A stretch of DNA of 32,000 nt from Sinorhizobium meliloti (GTDB taxonomy: Bacteria; Pseudomonadota; Alphaproteobacteria; Rhizobiales; Rhizobiaceae), in assembly GCF_017876815.1 (NCBI RefSeq), contig NZ_JAGIOS010000001.1:2250001-2282000 (forward strand). Direction: 5' to 3'. Shown here one piece after another: positions 9,228 through 16,766 of the stretch. Made by a program: the position numbers and the translations under genes. A model generated the notes under the pieces. The model saw only the letters and a list, made by a program, of their open reading frames with translations. It was not told the DNA's origin and did not search any database. Each line of letters opens with the position of its first letter. Position 1 is the first letter of the stretch.

Positions 9228-10457
9228 ATGATGCCTGAAAGAATCGTGATCGTGGGGGGCGGGCAGGCCGGCGGCAGGGTCGCCCAGATACTGGCCGGTT
9301 CTCCCGCCAATCTCGATATTGCGCTGATCGGGCTTGAGCCGCATCCGCCGTACAACCGCCCCCCGCTTTCCAAGGGCGTGCTTTTGGGAAAGTCCGAACT
9401 GAAGGATTGCGTGATCTGGCCGCAGGGCGACGCGACGGCGGGCAGGGTGCGGTTCTATCCTGGTCGCAGGGCGGAATCGCTCGATATTCATGCGAGACAT
9501 GTGATCACGGATGATGGGGCGAGGCTCGATTACGACAAGCTCGTCCTAGCAACCGGATCACGCGTGCGCCGCCTATCGGTTCCAGGTGCGGAATGCGACG
9601 GCGTCTTCACCTTGCGCACCTTCGATGATGCCGTCGCGATCGCACGGCGATTTCACAGGAGCAAGCGTCTTCTCGTCGTAGGCGGCGGCTTCGTCGGGCT
9701 CGAGATCGCCGCGGCAGCCCGTTCGCGCGGGCTCGAAACGGTCGTCGTCGAAGCGACCAACAGGTTGCTTTCGCGAATAGTCCCTCAGGAGATCGGCGCG
9801 GCCCTGGCGCGCTACCACGAGGCTGCCGGCGTCTCGTTCCGCGTGGGCTCGATGGTCGAGAAGCTTGTGGCCAACCGCTCCGGAAAACTGAAATCGGCAG
9901 TTTTGTCCAACGGCGAAACAGTTCCATGCGACCTGGCGGTGATCGGTGTCGGCGTCACGGCGAATACCGAGCTTGCCAAGGAGGCGGGATTGGAAGTCCA
10001 AGTCGGCATCCGCACCGATTCGGCGCTGCGTGCCTCTGCCGACGGTGTCTACGCATGCGGAGATGCGGTCTCTTTCTGGCATCCGTTGTTCGAGCGCTAT
10101 GTACGCGTCGAGGCCTGGCAGAATGCGGAGGACCACGCACGGGTCGTGGCGTCTCAGCTTCTCGGGCAGGACATGGTCTGCGACACCGTGCCCTTCTTCT
10201 GGTCGGACCAGTATGAGTGGTCGATGCAGATTGCCGGCATTCCCTATTTCGGCAGTCAACTCGTCACGAATACCGTGGAAGAGGCCAAGATCCTTTACCA
10301 CCTCGATGCCCGCGGCCGCCTCGTCGCCGCGACCGGCCTGGGCCATGACAGGCTCATCGGCAGGAAGATCGCCGAGGCGCGCCGGCTGATCAAGCGGCGC
10401 GCCCGGCCGAACCCGCAGATGCTGAAGACAGGGCAGATTCAGTTGGAGGATGGCTAG
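9228..10457 (+). CDS. Second FAD/NAD(P)H-dependent ferredoxin reductase (paralog of 5565-6791)
   Basis: IVIVGGGQAGG, RPPLSK, LLVVGGGFVGLEIAA, YACGD and WSDQY...MQIAG. It has the same architecture as the first reductase. Confidence 0.8.
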   Translation: MMPERIVIVGGGQAGGRVAQILAGSPANLDIALIGLEPHPPYNRPPLSKGVLLGKSELKDCVIWPQGDATAGRVRFYPGRRAESLDIHARHVITDDGARLDYDKLVLATGSRVRRLSVPGAECDGVFTLRTFDDAVAIARRFHRSKRLLVVGGGFVGLEIAAAARSRGLETVVVEATNRLLSRIVPQEIGAALARYHEAAGVSFRVGSMVEKLVANRSGKLKSAVLSNGETVPCDLAVIGVGVTANTELAKEAGLEVQVGIRTDSALRASADGVYACGDAVSFWHPLFERYVRVEAWQNAEDHARVVASQLLGQDMVCDTVPFFWSDQYEWSMQIAGIPYFGSQLVTNTVEEAKILYHLDARGRLVAATGLGHDRLIGRKIAEARRLIKRRARPNPQMLKTGQIQLEDG

Positions 10458-10552
10458 GCGGCCGTTGCCGCGGAACCGCGCCCGCAACGATCTCTAGCCC
10501 GGGTCGAAATTCGCGAACCAGGAGGCGCTTCGGAGCCAGTCTCGTTGCGACG

Positions 10553-10951
10553 TCAGGATTTCTGCGCGTTGCCCGGAAGTAGACTTTGCGGCTCTCCGAT
10601 TTCTACCGCATGCCTGTCTGGATCAAAGAAGCGGAACACTCGCTGCCCCCATGCTTGACGCTCTATGGGATGTATCATTTCCACGTGCGGTGCGATGTTT
10701 TCGAAGGCCGCCTCGATGTCCTCATGTTCGAAATACAACAGGAGATTTCGTCGCCCATAGGGTTCTTCCGCAACAATCGCCTTTCCCCAAATGGTTTCTT
10801 CAAGTGAACTACCCTCGTGGATCGCAAAGCCGGTCTCAAAAAGGACGAAGTTTCCGAAGTCCTCCAATACCTTCAGACCCAGTCTCTTCTGGTAAAAGTC
10901 CTTGGAGCGATCGATGTCTCGGACGAACGGGATCGGGTTGATAAAGCGCAT
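10553..10951 (-). CDS. VOC (glyoxalase/bleomycin-resistance/dioxygenase fold) family protein
   Basis: Internal ATG 10951 is preceded by GGGGAG. The 132-aa protein begins MRFINPIPFVRDIDRSKDFYQKRLGL..., which is typical of the VOC beta-alpha-beta-beta-beta module. The gene is visibly more AT-rich than its neighbours. Confidence 0.65.
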   Translation of the reverse strand: MRFINPIPFVRDIDRSKDFYQKRLGLKVLEDFGNFVLFETGFAIHEGSSLEETIWGKAIVAEEPYGRRNLLLYFEHEDIEAAFENIAPHVEMIHPIERQAWGQRVFRFFDPDRHAVEIGEPQSLLPGNAQKS

Positions 10952-11209
10952 TGGACTCCCCGTGTAAGTGCAAAGTCGCCCGGATCGGCTTCGCGCCGTA
11001 ACAGCGCGCAACGGATGGTGCTTCCGCACATCTTACTGGCTGTGTCCTACACGACAACTGAACCGCAGCCTTGGACGCGACGAGGGGCCGAAACTGTGAA
11101 CTGTTGCACCTTTTCCAGTCTTGCGAATGACAATTCGAGTGCGGAGCGTTTAGCTCCGGAGGGAGAAAGTGAATGGGATTTCCCCTTTTCAGAACGGAAG
11201 GAAGCAGCG

Positions 11210-12052
11210 ATGGCGACCGCACACAAACTCGAGCGGCTGACGAAATGGGCATCACGTCCGGAATGGCACGAGGCGATGGAGAACTTGCTCGACAGCCATG
11301 TCTTCCTGGTCACCGGACGTTACGACCTCGACCTCGATGAGCTTGCGGATATTATCGGAGAGACTGCTGTCATGAACCTTTGGGCGTGCACGTTCGAAGA
11401 CATGCTCTCGCGCGATTTCGACGGGCGCAATCTTGCCGAAGACTATCTCAAGCGCCGGGGCTGGAAGGAGAGTGCCAGCAACCGCGCCTATATCAAGGCA
11501 TTGAGCGATGCGCGCATGAGCCTCTACGAAGTCAGCGGTATCAAGCGGGGTCAAGGCTTTTTCGCGCGCGATCTTATGCGCGGCGGCGAGCCGGTCTGGG
11601 TCAATGAGGGGTTGAGGACCCATGACCTCGCCGAGGGGGATCGGCTGGCTGCGCGCATCGTCGAGGTCAACGGACGCGCGGAGCTCGGCTTGGCTACCTT
11701 GTGGTTTTCGCTGGTGGCGAGCGAAGAGGTCATCGAGACTTTCGAGGAACTGAAGAACCTGAGCCGGAAGGAAATGGCCGGCATGATGACCGGCCTGGTC
11801 GAAGCCCTGGAGGCCGAGGGCGGTATGGCCGATGCGGTGGACGGGATCAGCCTCGAAGAGTTCAAACAGGCAATCGCTGGGGATGCCGGGGACGCGTCGG
11901 ACGAGCCGATGGGAATCGAAGCCATTCTCGCATCCAGTCCCGAACAGTTCACCAATATCTGGCTGGAGCATATGCTGGACAGGCTCCTCGGCCCGCCGTC
12001 GGGTCTGGAGGACGATGCCGACGAGCCTGAAGAGATCGACGACCGAAAATAG
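11210..12052 (+). CDS. Hypothetical protein with acidic C-terminus, no family recognised
   Basis: ATG 11210 is preceded by GGAAGGAAG. The upstream part of ORF 10817-12052 overlaps the VOC gene on the other strand and is discounted. GC-rich third codon positions support coding. The tail is ...EDDADEPEEIDDRK. Confidence 0.5.
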   Translation: MATAHKLERLTKWASRPEWHEAMENLLDSHVFLVTGRYDLDLDELADIIGETAVMNLWACTFEDMLSRDFDGRNLAEDYLKRRGWKESASNRAYIKALSDARMSLYEVSGIKRGQGFFARDLMRGGEPVWVNEGLRTHDLAEGDRLAARIVEVNGRAELGLATLWFSLVASEEVIETFEELKNLSRKEMAGMMTGLVEALEAEGGMADAVDGISLEEFKQAIAGDAGDASDEPMGIEAILASSPEQFTNIWLEHMLDRLLGPPSGLEDDADEPEEIDDRK

Positions 12053-12084
12053 GAAGGTGCGCGCGGCAGGCGCATGCGATCACG

Positions 12085-12121
12085 TCCGTGGTTTCACGCC
12101 GGATCGGCCTGAAACCACGGA
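12085..12121. terminator. Perfect 12-bp-stem hairpin between convergent genes (bidirectional terminator candidate)
   Basis: TCCGTGGTTTCA-N13-TGAAACCACGGA, verified base by base. There is no strong U-tract on either side. Confidence 0.45.
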
Positions 12122-12139
12122 TACGTTATCCGGCCCCGG

Positions 12140-14701
12140 TTACGTCCGCGGCTTCAGGTTTTCCGGGTCGTAGAGCGGCTTGTAGCCGACGCCGGCGACC
12201 TCGACCGGGTAGGTCTCGGCGAAATACTCGACATTGAGCTTGCGTCCGACCTGGCAATGGGACCAGGGCAGATAGGCGAGCGCTATGTTCTTCCCGATCG
12301 TCGGACCGTAGGCGATGGAAGTGGTGTAGGAGCGGCGGCCGAGTTCGTCCACCAGCACCTCGCCGGTCTCCGGGTCCATGACCGGCAGGTTGCCGACCGG
12401 GTAGCGCTTCACGCCGTTCCTGTCGGTGTTCTCCGTCATGACGAGCGTGCAGAGCATGGCGGGCTGGTGCTCGCGCGCCTTGTACTCCAGATGCTTCGCC
12501 TTGCCGCGGAAGTCCGCTTCCTTGACCTTCGGACGGGCAAGGTCGGCCTCGATAAGGTTGTAGTGGGTGAGAAGATCCGCGTTCTGCAGGCGGAGGCTCT
12601 TTTCCATGCGGCGCGAGTTCGCATAGGTCTCGACGCCGAAGGCCATGACGCCGGTGGCGCGCAGCGCATCCCAGACGGCCAGGCCGTCCTCGTATTTCAT
12701 GTGCAGTTCCCAGCCCTGCTCGCCGACATAGGAGATGCGGAAGGCGGAGACCGGCCTGCCGGCGATCTCGATCTGCTTGATCGAGGCGAAGGGGAAGTTC
12801 TCAGGATCGAGGCCCGCCGGTTCCGCCACCACCTTCTTCAGCGTCTCGCGGGCATTCGGGCCCCAGATGCCGATGGTGACGAACTTCTCCGAAACGTCCG
12901 TGATGGTGACGTCTAGGCCCCGGTCTTCCGCGACACGGCGCATATAGTGGAAGTCGCGCGGGCCGGCATCGGCGCCGTTCACGAGGCGGCAGCGGTCGGC
13001 CATGCGGAAGACGGTGAAGTCGGCCCGCACCATGCCCTCGTCATCGAGGAAGTGGGTGTAGATGCCCTTGCCGATATTGCCGTCTCCACCGATCTTTGCG
13101 GCGCAAAGCCATTCGAGAAGCTCGACGTGGTCCGGGCCCTCAATGTCGACCATGTGGAAGTGCGAGAGGTTGACGATGCCGCAATCCTCGCTCATCGCCA
13201 GATGTTCGGCGTTGGAAACGCGCCAGAAGTGGCGGTTGTCCCACTCGTTCTCGCGTACCGGAATGCGGTTGCCGTATTTTTCGAGCAGGTGCTCGTTGGC
13301 GGCATAGCCGTGCGCACGCTCCCAGCCGCCGAGTTCCATGAAGTAGCCGCCGAGCTCCTTCTCGCGCTCGTAGAAGGGTGAGTGCTTGACGTTGCGGCCG
13401 CTGGCATAGGGCTCGCGCGGATGCACGGCCGGGAAATAGATCTTCTGCGCCGCCTCGAAGCAGCGGCCTTCGATGAACTTCTCTTCGAGCTGGTGCGGAT
13501 AGAAGCGGGCGTAGTCGATCGAGGCGTGGTCGGTATGGGTGCGCCCGTCCGTCATCCAGTCGGCGATCAGCTTGCCGTAGGCCGGGCCGTCCTTCACCCA
13601 GATGGCGACGCAGTACCAGAGGCCGCGCACCTTCTGGCTCTCGCCGCAGGAGGGGCCGCCGGCAGCCGATACCTGCAGCAGGCCATTGAAGGAGTGGCCC
13701 TCGTTATAGCCGAGCTCGCCGAGGATCGGCGTCAGTTCCATGGCGCGCTCGAGCGGCTCGATGATCTGCTCCATATCGAGGTCGCGCTGCGAGGGCGACA
13801 GGCGTGCCTCGTGCTTTTCGAGAATGTCGCGCGGATGGCAGAGGCGCGGATTGTCGGTCTCGTAATAGCCCCATTCGATCTGGCCGCCCTCGGTTGTCTT
13901 CGGGTCGCCGGTGTCGCGCATATAGGCCGAGTTGCCCTGATCGCGCAGCAATGGGAAGCCGATTTCCTTGCCGGTACCTTCGAATTCGTTGTACGGGCCG
14001 AAGAAGGTGAGCGGATGATCGACCGGCATGACGGGCAGGTCCTCGCCGACCATTTCAGCGATCAGGCGACCCCAGATGCCGGCGCAGACGACGACATGGT
14101 CGGCCATGATCGTGCCGCGATGCGTGACGACGCCCTTGATGCGGCCGTTCTCGACAAGCAGCGCAGTTGCCGGAGTATTGCCGAAGATCTGCAGCTTGCC
14201 GGACTTTTCCGCCGCATCGACCAGCTTGCCGGCAACCGTCTGCGAGCGCGGGACGACGAGGCCGGCATCCGGATCGAACATGCCGCCCATCACCTGATCT
14301 TCCTCGATCAGCGGGAACAGCTTCTTGATTTCGGCCGGCGAGACATAGTGTGCGCGGGTGCCGAAGGCCTTGGCGGAGGAAAGCTTGCGCTTGATTTCCT
14401 CCATCCAGACGTGGTCGCCGGTGCGTGCGACTTCCAGGCCGCCGATGCGGGCGTAGTGACCCATCTTCTCGAAGAAGTCGATCGAATATTGCGTCGTCCA
14501 GACCGAGAGATAGTCGTGGCTGGTGGTGTAGCAGAAGTCGGAGGCATGTGCCGTAGAGCCGATATCCGTCGGAATGCCCGACTTGTCGATGCCGACGATA
14601 TCGTCCCAGCCACGCTCGATGAGGTGGTGGGCGATCGATGCGCCGACGATGCCACCCAGTCCTACGATTACGACCTTCGCCTTTTCCGGAAACTCTGCCA
14701 T
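12140..14701 (-). CDS. FAD-dependent oxidoreductase fused to a GcvT (aminomethyltransferase) fold; dimethylglycine/sarcosine dehydrogenase-like
   Basis: 853 aa. N-terminal VVIVGLGGIVGAS dinucleotide fold, STAHASDF (position of the covalent-FAD histidine in this family) and a C-terminal folate-binding GcvT-like half. Confidence 0.85.
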   Translation of the reverse strand: MAEFPEKAKVVIVGLGGIVGASIAHHLIERGWDDIVGIDKSGIPTDIGSTAHASDFCYTTSHDYLSVWTTQYSIDFFEKMGHYARIGGLEVARTGDHVWMEEIKRKLSSAKAFGTRAHYVSPAEIKKLFPLIEEDQVMGGMFDPDAGLVVPRSQTVAGKLVDAAEKSGKLQIFGNTPATALLVENGRIKGVVTHRGTIMADHVVVCAGIWGRLIAEMVGEDLPVMPVDHPLTFFGPYNEFEGTGKEIGFPLLRDQGNSAYMRDTGDPKTTEGGQIEWGYYETDNPRLCHPRDILEKHEARLSPSQRDLDMEQIIEPLERAMELTPILGELGYNEGHSFNGLLQVSAAGGPSCGESQKVRGLWYCVAIWVKDGPAYGKLIADWMTDGRTHTDHASIDYARFYPHQLEEKFIEGRCFEAAQKIYFPAVHPREPYASGRNVKHSPFYEREKELGGYFMELGGWERAHGYAANEHLLEKYGNRIPVRENEWDNRHFWRVSNAEHLAMSEDCGIVNLSHFHMVDIEGPDHVELLEWLCAAKIGGDGNIGKGIYTHFLDDEGMVRADFTVFRMADRCRLVNGADAGPRDFHYMRRVAEDRGLDVTITDVSEKFVTIGIWGPNARETLKKVVAEPAGLDPENFPFASIKQIEIAGRPVSAFRISYVGEQGWELHMKYEDGLAVWDALRATGVMAFGVETYANSRRMEKSLRLQNADLLTHYNLIEADLARPKVKEADFRGKAKHLEYKAREHQPAMLCTLVMTENTDRNGVKRYPVGNLPVMDPETGEVLVDELGRRSYTTSIAYGPTIGKNIALAYLPWSHCQVGRKLNVEYFAETYPVEVAGVGYKPLYDPENLKPRT

Positions 14702-14961
14702 TGATGCGACCCTGGTTAATTTTGAAGCCGGATATTAGAGCCTGCCGCGCCGCGAGTTGAGCCTGTCTACGACATAATCATCGTGCTGCACGACCAGAAT
14801 GTTGCCGGTGGCGGGCGGGGAAGGCCGCGGCCGCTGGTATGCTCATCTAGCTGATATCGCGAGAAAATACACCCGGCGGGGCGGCGAGGTACAAGCTTTT
14901 CCTCGAACAGGGAGTCAGCAGGCTGATGCGTCGCCGAAACGCGACCTTTCGGCAGTCGCTT

Positions 14962-15321
14962 TTACTCGCCGCCACCGAAGAAGGTGAGGCGCGTGAAGAG
15001 GACATAGTTCGATTCCGACACCATCAGCGCCACGAAGACGAGCACCAGCAGCGGGGGCAGAATGATCGCGTAGATCAGCGCCAGGCGCTCCCACGCCATA
15101 TGCATGAACACGGCTACGATGAGGCCCGCCTTCAGCATCATGAAGATGAGGATCAGCGACCAGCGGAGATAGCCCTGCAGACCGAAGTAATCGACGAGGT
15201 ATGAAAGAGCGCTGAGGACGAACAGCAGCCCCCAGACCAGGAGGTAGAGCTTGATCGGGTGCTGCTGGTGCTCCGTGTGGGCCGCCGCATGTTGTGCCGG
15301 ATGTGTTTCCGCGTGAGCCAT
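14962..15321 (-). CDS. Prokaryotic cytochrome oxidase subunit IV-family small membrane protein
   Basis: 119 aa starting at ATG 15321, with GGGAGGG upstream, 11 nt after the subunit III stop codon. It has a His-rich N-terminus (MAHAETHPAQHAAAHTEHQQHP) followed by three hydrophobic helices. The track merges it into the artefactual ORF 14962-16176. Confidence 0.7.
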   Translation of the reverse strand: MAHAETHPAQHAAAHTEHQQHPIKLYLLVWGLLFVLSALSYLVDYFGLQGYLRWSLILIFMMLKAGLIVAVFMHMAWERLALIYAIILPPLLVLVFVALMVSESNYVLFTRLTFFGGGE

Positions 15322-15332
15322 GATGCCCTCCC

Positions 15333-16055
15333 TCACCACAGATAGAAGAATGCGAAGATAAAGACCCAGACCAGATCGACGAAGTGCCAGTAGAGGCCGG
15401 TTATCTCGACGATCTCGTAGCGCCCCTTGCGGCTGGTGAAGAAGCCGCGCCGCTCCGTTTCGAAATCGCCGCGCCAGACCTTGCGGGCGACGATCAGCAG
15501 GAAGATCACGCCGAAGGTGACGTGGGTCCCGTGAAAGCCGGTGATCATGAAGAAGGTAGAGCCGAATTGGGCGGCGCCCCAGGGGTTGCCCCAGGGCCGC
15601 ACGCCCTCGGCGATCAGCTTCGACCATTCGAACGCCTGCATGCCGACGAAGGCGGCGCCGAAAAGCGCCGTCAGAAGCATGAGCGCCGCGGTCTTGCGCC
15701 GGTCGCGGCGGTAACCGTAGTTGACGGCCATGGCCATGGTGCCGCTGCTCGAAATGAGAACGAATGTCATGATGGCGATGAGGATCAGCGGCATGTGCGT
15801 TCCGCCGATTTCGAGTGCGAAGACCTCGCTCGGATTGGGCCATGGAACGGAGGTGGACATCCGCGCCGACATGTAGGCAAGCAGGAAGCAGCCGAAGACG
15901 AAGGTGTCGCTGAGGAGAAAGATCCACATCATGGCCTTTCCCCAGGAGACATCCTTGAAGGTGCGCTGGTCGGAGGCCCAGTCCGACGCGAGCCCCGCCA
16001 GACCGGCGGGGCGCGGGAGCGTTTCTGCGGCGGGCTTCTTCATCGGTGCAGACAT
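15333..16055 (-). CDS. coxP: Heme-copper oxidase subunit III family protein (CoxP-like)
   Basis: 240 aa, multi-TM, with the C-terminal ...GFHGTHVTFGVIFL...YWHFVDLVWVFIF motif typical of subunit III. Confidence 0.8.
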   Translation of the reverse strand: MSAPMKKPAAETLPRPAGLAGLASDWASDQRTFKDVSWGKAMMWIFLLSDTFVFGCFLLAYMSARMSTSVPWPNPSEVFALEIGGTHMPLILIAIMTFVLISSSGTMAMAVNYGYRRDRRKTAALMLLTALFGAAFVGMQAFEWSKLIAEGVRPWGNPWGAAQFGSTFFMITGFHGTHVTFGVIFLLIVARKVWRGDFETERRGFFTSRKGRYEIVEITGLYWHFVDLVWVFIFAFFYLW

Positions 16056-16067
16056 GTTCAGCGGTTC

Positions 16068-16766
16068 CTATGTCAGCAGTTGGCGGCAGAACTCGATCAC
16101 GCCGCTGGCCCAGCCGGCAAAGAGAGCGAAGAGAACCAGCCAGACAATCAGCATGAAATGCCAGTAGATGGCGCAAAGCTCGATCGACAGGCGCGTTCTG
16201 TTGCCGAGCGGTGTTTGCGAGGCATGTGCGGTTACCCGGCCGAGAGCGAAAAGCCCCCCGATGATGTGCAGGCCGTGCATGCCCGTAAGCAGATAGAAGA
16301 AGCTGTTGGCCGGATTTCCGGCGAGGAAATATCCGGCGTCCGACAGCGCACGCCAGGCGAAGAGCTGACCCGCCAGGAAAGCGAGGCCAAGGGCGAGCCC
16401 GGCCAGGAGACCGATCCGGGCAGCCTCGTCGTTCCGCCGCTCTGCCTCAACCTTTGTCCAGTGCAGGGTGATGCTGCCGGCGGCGAGGATGCCCGTATTG
16501 AGCCAGAGAAGGCCGGGCAAAGGCAGCGCGCCCCAGTCGGATGACGCCATCCGCATGAAATAGGCGCTGATCGCAAGTGAAAACAGCGCGCCGACGACGG
16601 CGAGAAATACGCCGAGGCCGATTTTTGCCGGCGGCAAACGTGTTGCGCCCCGGCGGTCGTGGAAGTGACCGACCTCGAGCCAAGGGCGCGATGTCAGGCG
16701 CTGCCCTGCGAGCCACCAGGCGATGATGGCGGCGATAGCCGCCAGAAAGAAGGCGACGATGCTCAT
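16068..16766 (-). CDS. coxO: Second heme-copper oxidase subunit III family protein (CoxO-like)
   Basis: 232 aa, multi-TM, with ...TGMHGLHIIGGLFAL...IYWHFMLIVWLVLF. ATGA overlap with the subunit I stop codon. Confidence 0.75.
   Translation of the reverse strand: MSIVAFFLAAIAAIIAWWLAGQRLTSRPWLEVGHFHDRRGATRLPPAKIGLGVFLAVVGALFSLAISAYFMRMASSDWGALPLPGLLWLNTGILAAGSITLHWTKVEAERRNDEAARIGLLAGLALGLAFLAGQLFAWRALSDAGYFLAGNPANSFFYLLTGMHGLHIIGGLFALGRVTAHASQTPLGNRTRLSIELCAIYWHFMLIVWLVLFALFAGWASGVIEFCRQLLT

Noticed and set aside
13382-14704. 440-aa plus-strand ORF (also 12257-12916 and 12947-13381)
   Set aside because: These are antisense to the dimethylglycine-dehydrogenase-like gene. They are Ala/Arg/Asp/Leu-rich with no recognisable domains.
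14962-16176. 404-aa ORF fusing the subunit-IV-like gene to a long upstream extension
   Set aside because: The extension overlaps the subunit III gene in another frame and is Arg-rich junk. A good SD (GGGAGGG) and ATG at 15321 give a 119-aa protein of the expected size.
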